Positions 35,188 to 50,600 of a DNA stretch of 64,000 nucleotides are shown one piece after another; position 1 is the stretch's first letter; each line of letters begins with the position of its first letter. This DNA comes from Entomortierella parvispora E1425 (Eukaryota > Fungi > Mortierellomycota). The stretch covers positions 3,534,001 through 3,598,000 of the forward strand of contig BQFW01000002.1 of the NCBI GenBank assembly GCA_020891255.1, read 5' to 3'. The notes under the pieces were generated by a model. It searched no databases, was not told the origin of the DNA, and was given only the letters and a program-made list of their open reading frames with translations. Made by a program: the position numbers and the translations under genes.

Positions 35188-35653
35188 TTACTTTCCGAGG
35201 GCTGAGATACCATCCAGAGCACTCATCATATCGCTTTGAAGGGACTCGTGCTTAGCCTGAGCTTCTTCCAATGCCTTCTCTGACGCCGAAGCTCCAGTTG
35301 CGACGCCACCCTGTGATTACAGAAAAAAACCACGGTTAGTTCAGTTGTTGATGATACCCAAGTTTTTAAAACAACAATATTCTTACAATGCTGGATCGGA
35401 CATCACGCTTGGTCTTTTTCCGGTGCAGTTGACTGTTGAGATCACCCAGCAATGAGTCCAGCTCCGAGGTGAGGTTGACATTCAGATGTTTATTCCTGGC
35501 CTGACTAGGTCGACTGACATTCAACTGAGCTTTCTTGGCAGTAGTCAAGTTGTTGGCCTTGTCGTTCTTCGCATTCTTGTTGTATGGGCTGGCTTTGGCT
35601 TTTGCGTTGCCGTTCCTTGGAGGGGCCTTCTTTGACTGCTTTGATGGTGGCAT
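35188..35653 (-). CDS. Small basic hypothetical protein (2 exons), possibly nucleolar
   Basis: ATG 35653 MPPSKQSKKAPPRNGNAKAKASPY...KRDVRSSI|GGVATG...DGISALGK*; clean GTAAGA...CAG intron; Lys-rich. Confidence 0.7.
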
Positions 35654-36624
35654 GGTACAGCTGTGTTGGGGGATGAATGGGCTGAAAGCAGCTGAAGGCA
35701 TGGACCACAAGGTTGACTGAAAAACAAGCAACAGAAATGTGGCAGTCACTATGACTTTGGCTCTGAGCCACCCATTCGGTGAAGTCGCGATCTCGACAGT
35801 TGCCAGTGCACAGAGATACCCTCCAGGGGCCTTACAAAGCGTTCCTCAGAAGATGTTGCAAGTGAAACAGCCTGCTCCGAATTTGACTTGAATCCCCTAT
35901 TACATGCACCCGCCTCTGATCTGCCAACATCATAGCTGTGGACCAAGGATAAGTAGGACAGGCCAGCATCACAACAGGTTGGTTCGAAGATATGAAGGTC
36001 AATACAGGAGGTGAAGCACGGATTGGGACTCATATTCTTCTCGAGATTGAGAGCCATCTCGATCTGTCAGACGCTGAACCTCCAGCCTGTGGCGTTGGAT
36101 GCAACCTGCCTGTTGGAAGGCCACCAAATAGAATCATTGCGTTCATCGATCGCATTTGCTGCTCCTGCCCATGAACCACACTTGGACGGGTTGGAGGCCA
36201 ATGCCAAACACGCTGGACACAATGTTCTAATTACAGAGCTTGGTGCGACCACTCTCCACGTTGGACGTCTCTTGCTCAGCCTGCTCTCCCGCGGTGCGCC
36301 TTTCTGTCTTTGCTGCTCAGTGCAGTACAGTAGGCCATTCTCGCCTACTTGTTTGTTCCACACCGCTCCTCTTTCCTCCCCTTCCTGTCCTCCTCTCCAT
36401 CCCCATTACCTCCATTCCCCTTTCTCCTTTCTCACTGTTCAACAGAGTTGGGTTGGTCTCCTCCTCTTCTTGTATTCAGGTCACACACCTTATTTTGACA
36501 TTCTCAACCCTTGACTGAACTCTGGCACTCTTCATTCCAATCGTCATCATCCTACCCTGCAATTCAGGAACAATTGAACGCCACTTTCGGATCCCAACAT
36601 TCAGACCCACCGCTGCAAGTGGAC

Positions 36625-39385
36625 ATGTCATCCACCGACACAGCAAAGACGTCATCTTCAGGAGGACATCCATCCAATGACGCCCAGTCCTCTTCCACTG
36701 CAAGGCAGCCAGACTCTGAGGCTTCGCCCTTTGCTGACACAACTGTAGGGAATGCTGCCAACGAGCCCATTGCTGCTGGAGCCGCCAACATAACCGCTGG
36801 TGGGTCGCCTGGCCAGCAAGGAGCAGATGACAGCGATGGGGATGATCAGCCCTGCCAAGCGTGTGGGGTCTTCCCAGCTCGTTTTCAATGCTCAGCGTGC
36901 CAAAGTGTTCGGTATTGCTCCCAAGAATGTCAAGCCTCTGACTGGAGGATTCATTATCGCGAATGTGCAGAGATTGTTGCGGCTATGAAGGAAGAGCAAG
37001 AACAGGAAAATGGAGACGGCACAGCTGCTGCAGTCGGTCAGAGCCAACCTCGATCTAGAACCAGTGTCCCCAGACTGCAACAGGGTCAAAGCGGCGACGC
37101 AGGTCATGAATCTCTGCAGGGTAAGGAGAGAGAACTGAGAGAAGGTGGTGTATGTTATTAAAAAAAAAGGGCGAGCCATCAGGGCAAGAGGAAATCTGAC
37201 TCGTCGATCTGGGCATGTCATTTACTGACTAGGGGCTAAAACGCACTCTTTCTTTTGCCATTTTTAGACGGACAGAATGATAGACCAGCATCGGACGACC
37301 CATTGGGTGCAGAGGCAGCCAATGTCAGGGCAACAGCAAATCGACCCAGGAGACGACCACGGGAACCTAGAAGGCGGCCGCGATTGACTGCAGAGCAAAT
37401 TGCTGCGTTCGAGGAAGCAGAGCGGATAGCAGATATGAAGTTTTACATGCTGCAAGTTTACAAGATTATCAAGCCTGTGGTGATTTGTATCTGCCTCAGT
37501 ATTCTCTGGGTCAAAATTTCGATGGCTGGAAGCGACTATAGGTAGGCACCGTTGATGAAGTCGGCTCAGATCGATAGCTCTACAATGATGGTAGGAAAAA
37601 CGCTCGGAGATTTGCTGACGAACGGTCTCTTTCGTTGAATTTAGACCAACACAATCATCCTACACAGTGTACACGGAGACACCAACGTCAACAGTGTCAC
37701 AGAATATCCTTGGATCATTGGCAAACGCCGGAATTATTATTGCACAGATTGTCATCGTCACGATCATCATCGTGGTGCTGTTCAAACGAGGTCACATCAA
37801 GGTATGACAAGAAAAATTGCCAAGACGTGCTACGGAAACACTCTTTATCAAAACTCACAGATATTGCACCTCTATCCCCTGATAGGTCCTCATTGGTTTC
37901 TTTATGGTTGTGGTGGCGATGTTATTGGGCTTTATGGGTTACATCCTGCTTCTCAACTTGATCCAGGTTCTACGAATCCCGCTCGACTATGTGACAATGT
38001 CTTTTGCTCTATGGAATTTCGCGGCCACAGGTCTAGTATCTGTATTCTGGAAAGGACCTATGTGGCTTCAGCAAGTGTATCTCACTGTCATGAGTAGTTT
38101 GATGGTAAGGGATTCTGATCTGGATATATCGGTTGGTATTGACCATGACCACGTATTATCCACCTCAAGAATTGCTTTCTGAACGTCCCTCTCCTACTAG
38201 GCATTCTCGCTGACCGGTCTTGCAGAATGGACAACTTGGATGCTCCTGGCGCTTTTAGTTGTTTGGGGTATGATCAATATCATGAACCACGAAGAATTGG
38301 ATATCTTGAACGCGCTTTGCTAACTAGCGTTATTATTATATCATTTCGTTTCTAGATTTGATTGCGGTTCTTTGCCCGTTTGGACCACTCAAAATCTTGG
38401 TCGAGAGCTCCAGAAATCAGAACCAAGAGGTGCCAGCATTGTTATATACCGTCAATGCCGTGTGGTTCATGGCCTCACCGCCAAACTCTATCCTGGATAG
38501 GGAAGCGGATAAGGCAAACGAAGCGATTGAATTTGAGAATCTGACCTCAGGTCAAAGCAATAGCCATGCCTTTACCCAGGGTCACGCGCGAGCAACTGGA
38601 AGAGACGGTGGTAGTATCAGCAGCGCTGGCGCAAGCAGTCGAAACAGCGGCTTGGATTCAACCTTTGCAGCCAGTGGCATTTCCAGGACGTCTTCTTCAA
38701 TGGCACTCGTACCAAATTCCAATCGGGACGACTTTACACCAATCGAATCTCGCGAAAACATTGAGCTCCGAGAACGCCAGAGGTCAGGACCCTCTCCCGG
38801 CAGAAGTTATGGACCGGAAGATGGCAACAGACAACAGTCGGGCCCACCTCGTCGAAGCGAAGATAGAGAGGAACGCGGAGAGGATCCTACCGGAGATGAC
38901 GATGACGATGATGATGGCGGCGGACTAAAACTCGGTTTGGGTGACTTTGTGTTTTACAGTGTATTGATCGCCAGAGCAGGTACGGTTCCAGCTTTGTTTC
39001 TGTGGATCTGATGCTGTTTAAAAAATGTCACTCGAGACGAACTACTGAAATGGGACTAATTGCTCTTTTGTCTTTTACACAGCCATGTTTGACTGGGTCA
39101 CGACCATGTGCTGTACAGTAGCAGTCCTTACCGTAAGTCTTCTCCGAAAACTTTTTTTTTATTATAACTGATCGACGGGAGATCCAAAAATACTCATAGG
39201 ACCTTTACCTCTATTCGTGTGTCTTCTAGGGTATGAACGCGACCATCTTCTTGTTGGCCATTTATCAAAAGGCCTTGCCGGCACTCCCCATCTCAATCTG
39301 CTTTGGAATGCTCTTCTACTTTGCCACTCGTTTTGCTTTGGTTCCATTCTTGGCAGTCCTTGGGCCTAGCCAGATCTTTATTTGA
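36625..39385 (+). CDS. PSEN: Presenilin (A22A, gamma-secretase catalytic subunit type) with N-terminal MYND zinc finger, 8 exons
   Basis: MYND CQAC-x8-CSAC-x5-CSQEC-x7-HYREC in exon 1, joined in frame by a GT-AG intron to KIIKPVVICICLSILWV; catalytic W|DLIAVLCPFGPLKILVE and KLGLGDFVFYSVL; KALPALPIS; stop TGA 39383-39385. Confidence 0.93.
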
Positions 39386-39817
39386 GGGCACGATGTGCAA
39401 CGCGAGACATCGTTACACACCAAGGGAAAGTGGCCTCCTCATCTGCCATTTCTCCCATTAGAACTTTCCATGATACCCCGTCTCGCCCTCCTCAAATAAA
39501 AGTTGAATTAAGTTGAGAGTGAAGTTGTTCGTTTCGTTTCAAAGGAGGTTCCATTGACAATGTCAATGCTAGTAACGGATCGCGGTCAAGTTGCTACTGG
39601 CGCCTTTCAAAGAAAGGATCTAGTCAAGTGCATTTGATAGGGACGAATCAAAAACCCCACATAGTGGTTCAAGCGGACCTCACACGCACTTCAAATGAAG
39701 CAAGGCCAAGTCGCGTGCCTTGCCTCAGAACGTGGCTGCACAAGTCCCAGCACTGGAGTGATCGGAGCTGGAGGGACCAGGACGAACAGGTCTCCGCACG
39801 TGCCTTCAATTCAGTCA

Positions 39818-39827
39818 TGATTGGCTG
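39818..39827. promoter_or_regulatory. CCAAT box about 220 bp upstream of the 67-aa membrane ORF
   Basis: TGATTGGCTG, identical to the motif in two other promoters. Confidence 0.45.
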
Positions 39828-40045
39828 CAATTTGGTGGCAAAAAAAAATCAGAACAAAAAAGAGCAGTTGGTTGGTGTGGGCAATGGACCAAGCAGACAG
39901 GGATGGATGAATGCAGTTCATCCCTTCCTCTTCATCTTTTTTTCATTTCTTTTCTCTCTTCTTTCTACTTCTCTTCATTCCCTTCTTCGACCTCACTCGC
40001 CGCTTTATAGGACCACTTTTACTTCCACCAACCAACAAGACAACA

Positions 40046-40249
40046 ATGGACGCATCCACCGAGAATTTTGTAGTCCAGGCTGAGCCTGACGTCCCACTTG
40101 GCAAGGTCCTAGGCATCATGGCGCTCTGTTTCTCGCTTCTCGGACTAGCTCTCTTTGTCGGTGTCGGATGGATCATTCGCGTTGGCAAGGCAGAACATGA
40201 GGAGAAGAAACAAAGACTCAGAGATGAAATTAACAAGAAAGAGGACTAG
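40046..40249 (+). CDS. 67-aa single-pass membrane microprotein
   Basis: MDASTENFVVQAEPDVPLGKVLGIMALCFSLLGLALFVGVGWIIRVGKAEHEEKKQRLRDEINKKED*; ACAATGG start context, CT-rich leader, upstream CCAAT box. Confidence 0.65.
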   Translation: MDASTENFVVQAEPDVPLGKVLGIMALCFSLLGLALFVGVGWIIRVGKAEHEEKKQRLRDEINKKED

Positions 40250-40661
40250 GCGGCCTATGTGTCTGACTTCGACCTCATCCTTCGAAAGACGTTCCTCCTC
40301 TCTCCAGGCACTGTTGCCTTCATTCACGTCTTCCGAACTACCGGGCCAATTTCTCGATCTGGGACATCAACTGTCGATCTTCAATTAGCCCTCTTTTGTT
40401 CTCTGGAAACCATAATATCAAGCCTTCATCCTGTGCCAGGACTATACCATATCTTTTCATATCAATAGACACTCATTACTTGATCATTGCACATTACAAT
40501 GTAATGTCCTAGAATGAACGCATTGAGGACGGCAAACGGGATTTCTTGTTTTATTTTGTCAAGGGAAGGGCCCGCGTTCCTGCGTGGACCATGGACTATC
40601 TACAAGACACGTGTCTGCCTTTTTTTTAATGAAGGCGTCCAGGTCCTGGTGGGAGCTCCGG

Positions 40662-41360
40662 CTACTTGCGAGGGACATTGACAGTAATGGCCTTTCGCGT
40701 CGCAAACGCCTCGTGCATATCGGGGCTCGAGGGCAATGGGAACTCGGGGATATACAATGACCCAGCACCATAGTTGGCAATCAGAGGCACCAACCCAGAA
40801 ATCGAACCACCATTGCCTCCTCCTTGAATCTCAATGTCGGCACAGTTTGAATACAACTCTCGGTCACCCTGGGCATTGTTCCAAAGCCACATGAAGACTG
40901 CATTGCCGTTCGGGGCATTCTTGGGGATAGGCACCGACACCGAGTACGATGACCCACTGGTGGTTCCCTTGAGACAGTCGCGAATTAGGGTCTTGAGAAC
41001 GACCCAGGTCTTTCCAGAATCGTAGGAGACTGCCCATTGACAATGTCCACCGCCGTGAGAGACTCCGATAGAGTACTCGGTCTTGATGGATTGGCCGGCT
41101 TTGTAGACGGTGCGGGTCTTTGAAGGGACAGTGTTTTTGCAAATGGGCGAGGTCTTGCTGCTGAAGGTACCGATAGGAGAGTTGAGATCATAATCGATGA
41201 TTTGCCCGGCCGAGGGCTTTGGACAACCAGCCCGGGGACTGGATCGAGCGCAGGGATGAAGAAGTCCAACGTGAGCTTCGACGACATTGGATCCTGGGAG
41301 GATCAAGATCATTGCCAGGAGAGTGAAGAGAGCCGAAAGGGCAAGAGCGTAAATATTCAT
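40662..41360 (-). CDS. Secreted AA11-like lytic polysaccharide monooxygenase, intronless
   Basis: Signal peptide ending VEA|H (mature His1), SHGGGHCQ (second His), WLWNNAQGDRELYSNCADI (axial Tyr; cf. the AA11 NREMYMNCA motif). Confidence 0.8.
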   Translation of the reverse strand: MNIYALALSALFTLLAMILILPGSNVVEAHVGLLHPCARSSPRAGCPKPSAGQIIDYDLNSPIGTFSSKTSPICKNTVPSKTRTVYKAGQSIKTEYSIGVSHGGGHCQWAVSYDSGKTWVVLKTLIRDCLKGTTSGSSYSVSVPIPKNAPNGNAVFMWLWNNAQGDRELYSNCADIEIQGGGNGGSISGLVPLIANYGAGSLYIPEFPLPSSPDMHEAFATRKAITVNVPRK

Positions 41361-43085
41361 GGTTTTTCAGAGGGGTTGGGTAGAAGAAGAAGAGGAGTGT
41401 GTATGTGTGATGCCAAAAGGTAAGAAAGAGAACTCGTCGAGATACTGAACAGATGAAAGAGACAGCGAAAGAGAGGGAGGATAGGGTATTTATACTGAAA
41501 ACACAATTCCCCGATTGCTGTGGCCATGGTAACCCTGCCACCCACAGATGAACAATGAAGCAAACCTGGCGATGATAGCAGCAGTATTATCGATGACAAT
41601 TAAGCATTCGCAGCAAAGGTACCTGCTGCAGGAAAGCCGTTTCCAATTTCATCTCCTGAAATGTCGCACAACTATTTTTTTTTTGCCTCGGTTTTCGTCA
41701 GTTTTCAGCCCATGCCTGCACCATGGTTTTATTGTCAGCCTTTTTTCGAATGGGCATGAGAAGCAGAGGACCGTGGATGAGGAGGAAGTGGGGAGAGTTT
41801 GTCAGAACAAGATCAATCCATTTTTATCTCTGTTCTCCATCTGTTTTGCAAACTCTCCATGTCCTCACAAAGAGGTCCACTCCTATCCCACAACGAGGCT
41901 GCGAGCGTTGGGGACGGCGGATCCTGCACACGTTTCACAAGAACGTCCATGCAACCAGAGGATGTAAGGGAGGCGGGAGGGAAAGGGTCCGCGACCCATG
42001 TCATTTTGTAACGAGAAGGTCATTATGGCTCTCTATTCCAGAGATAGCTCATGATCTATTGATAAAGAGGGGACAGAGTTCGGCCCTGGTCTATCATCAT
42101 GAAAGACAAGACGTAGAGAGGGTGAATGGCTACTTCTGATGAGCGTCGATCAAACTAGGAATGGCGAAAGGTGTCTCTGGTGTGCTCCAAACGCGACCCC
42201 CCTCCCGATTCACGTACCTTGTTCGGCTGAAACAAGCAGAAACTGCAGGGTGTCTCACAGGTACCTGTGTGGTGAGATTGTTTTGATGCTCCATATTGCC
42301 GACAATGGGGAATGGGACATGGTATATCTTGAGCCTTTGTCTTTACCGTAGTTAATAGGGCTAACTAACCAAATCGGTCATCTTCAGGGATGGATGGAGA
42401 AAGCAATAATACATGATTGCTTGCGCCGGGAACAGTAGACATGGTATGCAATGTCGATTAACGCAAGATGGGAAGGTGGTTGGATCGTCAAGTACAATCG
42501 ATTGGCAATTTGATGGAGAGACTCCAGGGAGAAAATAATTCTTCCTACTTTTTTTCGGTATTCTCCAGGTCTACATTATATTGCAGTCTCCGAATTCGAA
42601 GAACGGAAGAAGACGAGCAAAGGTCGCAGAAGCTGACCCGACCGAGGAGTATCCCGGGATGAGTATGAATCACGTAAAAGCGAGCAGCAGTGGCGGAAGC
42701 GTCAGGCCTTTCCAGGCAGTATGCAACTGAATCAACATAAAAAGTAAGGAGCGGCGCGAGATGGAGAAAAGTGAAAGAAAGAAAAGGTAGAGGTCATCTT
42801 TCCGAGATGTTCCTTTCTTGCGGTGTGGGGTGGGTGAGTTTCTTTTCTCTTTTGAATAGAGTTGAGTTGAGGAAGGGAGAGGAAAGAGAAAAGAAGAGAG
42901 TGAATAGTGAGCGCGAGTCCAATGGCGCTCTTCTGCCCGCTCGCGGACGATCCAGGCGAATGAAAGGGAGGACAAGGAGGCGGACAGACGCAGGCAGACA
43001 GGCAGGGACACGAACGAACGAACACACAGGCACAGAGCCGCCCAACAGAACAGACCGACCAGCAGGCGGACCTTTTTGTCCTCCA

Positions 43086-43124
43086 CCAGTCCAGTCCAGT
43101 CCAGTCCAGTCCAGTCCAGTCCAG
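43086..43124. repeat. (CCAGT)7 pentamer repeat upstream of alanine aminotransferase
   Basis: Seven perfect units plus CCAG. Confidence 0.93.
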
Positions 43125-43278
43125 ACAAGAAACAATCAATCATCCCACGTTTCCCCCATTCCATTTGCTCCTTCCTCTTCCTCTCCATCCCGGACCCTGT
43201 CTCTTCCTGCCGTCTTCGTTCGGTCTAGTCCCCAGTCTCGCTCGTCTCGCATCCAGTCTCGCATCCCGTATAAATACG

Positions 43279-45995
<2,717 letters not shown>

Positions 45996-46324
45996 AACTT
46001 TTTTCCAACCATTTTTCTAGCAGCTTTCTTTTGAACCTCTCCACTTCTTTCCCATTCTTTTTTGCTTCTTTTTTATCCATTCAACTCGTGTACATTTAGT
46101 TAGACTAGTGTGTCATACTCAATTATCATTGACAACCTCTTCACCATACCTATTGATCTGCATGGTCTAGTGACTGCTCTTCCCCAGCCACATAAACAAG
46201 CCTCCAGGCGCGTGTGCGGGCGGCCCCAGGGGTGGACTCGACCCTTTTCTGCATGCATTCACCTTGCGTTCTGTCCTGACATCTCGCAATCATCTTTTAA
46301 TCGACGCTCTCCTCTCAGATTCAC

Positions 46325-47154
46325 ATGACACCGCCAGCCATCATGAGCAACAACAGCACCGAGGACAAACCAAAGAATGCCGCTTTCCGCGTCGGACTCG
46401 GCGACATCACCCCCAACAACCTCGGACAGCTCAAGCGTCTGAACACGGTCCTCTTCCCTGTCGTGTACACAGCTAGCTTCTACAAGAACGTGCTCGACGT
46501 CGGCGAGTTTGCCAAGATTAGTATGTTCCTTAATTTTTTCTGTTGGGAGCAAGAATTTTACCAACACCTTCAAAAGGGCAAAGGTGGACAAGGAGTACTC
46601 CGACCTAACCAGCTTTATTTGCTTTTTCCACCCTCTTCTCTGTTCATAGTCTACTTTAACGATGTCTGTGTCGGTGCCGTATGCTGTCGTACCGAGGTCG
46701 TGGAGAAGTCGTCCGCCCAAAATCTTTATATCGCCACCCTCGGAGTTCTTGCACCCTACCGTCGTCTCGGATTGGGTATGTACAGGGATCAATTGCTTTT
46801 TTTCAGCGCTCTAGACTGATGTCCGAGGGATATATGAAGGATCAACCAGACGATCTGGACCGAACGAACCATACTTATTGTCGTCATAATCGGTCCGTTG
46901 CAGTTTGAGATTACTGATACCTCGTTCCTTTTTTTTTTTTTTTAGGATCAAAAATGTTGAAGCACATTGTGGATCACGCAGAGTTGTCGACGACACCCTC
47001 TATTGCCAAGATTTACTTGCATGTTCAGGAGGATAACGAGGAGGCATTGGAGTTTTACAAGAAGCATGGATTCGAGGTGACGGAAAAGTGCGAGAACTAT
47101 TACCCACAGTTTGATGTCAAGGATGCATTCAAGCTGGAGAAGATCATTTCTTGA
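46325..47154 (+). CDS. NAA50: N-alpha-acetyltransferase 50 (NatE), 3 exons
   Basis: LGDITPNNLGQLKRLNTVLFPVVY, LYIATLGVLAPYRRLGL|G, IYLHVQEDNEEALEFYKKHGF, NYY...DAF.L.K. Confidence 0.92.
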
Positions 47155-47668
47155 ACAGCAAATATCGCCAGGCGTCCCCAACTAGCGACAGATTAAAGAC
47201 AATTTTAAAGAAACAGCGTAGTTGGAGACAATGGAGGATGACTTTGTTGGGAGGCAAGCATTCTGGGATTGTGAATGGCGAGTAGTCGCTGGTTTTCTGT
47301 TAGGAACACCTGATATTGAGGCCGTGTGGTTGGATATACGGACGCGTCCTTTGGAGAGAGGAGGGGTGAGAAAGAAGGAAAAGATTGAAACCGATGGAGT
47401 ATCTCGATCTGTGGTGCATGATACACACTGCGCCAAAAGAAAGCCCAAGCCGGCCTTCTCCCGCTTATGGCCATGGCATCATTGCAGCGAATTTTTCCTG
47501 CTGCTCTTTTTTTTTTTTTTTTTTTTTTTCCCTCTGCTCTCTCACAAGACCAACCTCCGTTTCCTTTTTTTTCCACTCACATTCCTTCCGCTCTACGATT
47601 CATCCATCCTCCTCCATTGACCTGCTCGACCGGAAGACAGAGCTTTGGCTGCATTACCTTCTCCCGCA

Positions 47669-50600
47669 ATGGAAGACCACCACCTCCAGTTCTTACTCAG
47701 GTATAAGCAAGGCTACTCTATGCCCCTGAAAAAAAAAGTTGTTTCCAACGGCCCCATTAGTTGCTAACCGTCTGTCCGTTCCTCTCGGAATGTATATAGG
47801 GAGCAGACATTCAACAGCTTTCCTAATGCGAATGGCACATTGGTGAACACAACTAGTGCTGGTAAAACGAATACTGCAAGACAACGCGGTACGATAGACT
47901 TGCAAGCCGATGGAACTAACACCCACTTTCTTCCCTCTTTTTGACAGGCGACGCCAATGCTGCCAAGAACGTGTCGGGTCTCACGACCCAGTTAGTTATC
48001 TCCATTTCTCTCGGCCTGGCCGCGTTTCTGGCCTTTTGTTTCCTGCGTACGCGATGGGTCGTCATGTTTGCACCCCGCTCCAAGCTTCGCAGGTAAGAAA
48101 ACAGTCTTGTTTAACTCGCCTGCATATTATCATACTTTTGGAAGCAACCTGAGGCGAAAGCGATGGTCAAGCAAAAGTATCATCCAGGGCTGGCAAAAAA
48201 AAAGAGAAAGTGATGGCCACGGGAGAACAAAGAGGTGCTGAAGGTTAGAATGGCGCAAGAAGGACTTGAACTAACTCGAGCCTTTTCTTTTTGCATGAAA
48301 ATAGACATACTCCCCCAATTCTGTCGTCAACATTCTTTGGATGGATCCCACAGCTGTTGCGCATCCCCGAAGCCGAAGTCTTGGATTGCGTTGGACTCGA
48401 TGCCGTGATGGTAAGAACAACTCACTGGATTTGAAGCTTTTGTTGGGAAAAATCTCCAGCTGCACAAACGTGGAGCGGGAAAGGAGGGATGCACAGACCG
48501 AATGTGGCCAGCAAAACCTGTTTTTGTTGAGCATTTGTTGATATCGTGCACCAGTATGGGTTCCTTCCTAGAAACATGACATAAGCTAACATAGCGAAAA
48601 CTCCATATCGTTGTTCTTTTCAGCTGTTGCGGTTTTGCTCCATGGCCCTGAAGCTCTTCTCGTGCTGCTTGATCCCAGGACTGCTGATCATTATGCCCGT
48701 CAACAATTACTCGGCCAAGGTAGATCCGGTCAATGGTGGCAACAGCACCACAGGAGCACCCAATTCTCCTGACGCCCTCAAGCAGTCGTTACTCTATCTC
48801 TTCACTCAGTTCACCTTCACCTGGGTGTTCTCGCTCGTGGCTTTGTACTCAATTTGGCAGACTTATGAAGGCTACATTACAATCCGTCGCAAGTACATGT
48901 TGTCGCGTGCTAAATCCATCACAAACCGCACCGTGATGGTGATTGGACTACCCACCCACTTGCAGACGGACCGGTCCCTGGCGACATTTTACGAGTCCTT
49001 GGGTACAGGACAAGTTGAGAGTGCACACGTCGTTCGCCATGTCAGAGCTTTGAAGCGTTTGGTTCAGCAGCGTGCCCATGCACTTCGACAGCTGGAGTTG
49101 GTCTACACACGTTATTACGGCAACCCTTCAGGAGTTCCTGGATATGATCCAGAAAAGATCGAGGCCGAGTTCAGTCGTACTGCTCCGCCTTCTCGACAAG
49201 CCACCATGAATGAGAACTCGAACGAATCGACCTCGCTTCTCGGCTCTCCCGCCCACTTCGGATACACTATTCCAGGCAAGCCGAGACCAACGATGCGACT
49301 TGGACTGTGGGGTATCTTTGGCAAAAAGGTGGACAAGATTGATCAATGCAGCGAAATCTTTGCAACTTTGGACAAGGCCGTTCAAAAGATGCGCCTCTCG
49401 CGCATCTTTGCCTCGACCTCTGTGGGCTTCGTCACCTTTGAAGATATGAACTCTGCTGTAAGTCGCAAGGAATGTTATGACTAAGTATCTCGCGCCCCAT
49501 TCCACATTGTTGAATTTTACTAATGTTTTTTCCTTCTTTCTTTCATAGCAAATCTTGGCTCAAACTGTCAATACTCAGGAAACACTCTCTTGCGAAACCA
49601 CTCTTGCACCAGAGCCTCGCGATGTGTTTTGGGATAATCTGAATCTGCCTCCTAGCGAGCTCGGAGTTCGTTCCGTGGTCGTCAATACGACAGTATTCTT
49701 CCTCATCTTCTTCTGGGCTGGACCTGTGGGTGTATTTTCCTCGTTCCTGAACTTGGATTCTTTGGAGAAGCTTATCCCTGGAGTTTCGGTGATTGCAGAG
49801 GCCAGCCCTATTCTCAAGCAGGTGATCCAGGGGTTCCTTCCTACATTGGGAGTGGTTGTCTTTTTGGCAGTTGTACCCAAGATCTTGGAGGCTCTGTGTG
49901 AACAACAGGGAATTCAGTCTCACTCGGCCGTGGCACGATCCATCTACAACAAGTACTTTACATTCATCCTCTTCAACGTCGTCCTGGTCTTCACTATTGT
50001 CGGCACTTGGGCTCAAGCTGTGGATAAGGTCTATCACAACATTGGGGAGTTGACTCTCATTCTCGCAACATCCCTGCCTCGCGTCGCTCCCTTCTTTATC
50101 AACTATATTATCCTGAAGGGCATCGGTATGTTCCCATTGCAACTCCTGCAGATCGGCGATGTGTTTGTCCAGACCTTTCACGGGATCCTCTCCCGAACCC
50201 CTCGTGATTACGCTGAAGCTCGTGCGCCCCCAGAGTTGAATCACGGTGTCGTGTATTCGAACGCAACACTGGTCTTCGTGATCATTTTGATCTACTCTTG
50301 CCTTCGTCCTCTGATCCTGTTCTTTGGACTCATTTATTTTGCACTGGCGTATTTGGTCCTCAAGTACCAGTTGCTTTATGTCTTCTTCCACCCGTACGAA
50401 TCCAACGGCCAGACCTGGCCCATGGTCTACAACAGGATTACACTTGGATTGCTGATCTTCCAATTGACGGCTTTGGGACTTTTCGTATTGCAACAGTCTT
50501 ACCTGTTGGCAGCCTTGATGATCCCCTTGCCAGTCGGTACAATTTGGTTCTGGGTCTGGACTACGAGGGCTTACAGGAACTCTGCGGAATTCGTCCCGTT

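Noticed and set aside
42139-42662. Small gene between the LPMO and ALT1
   Set aside because: Short ORFs with no recognisable motif and no consistent splice path.
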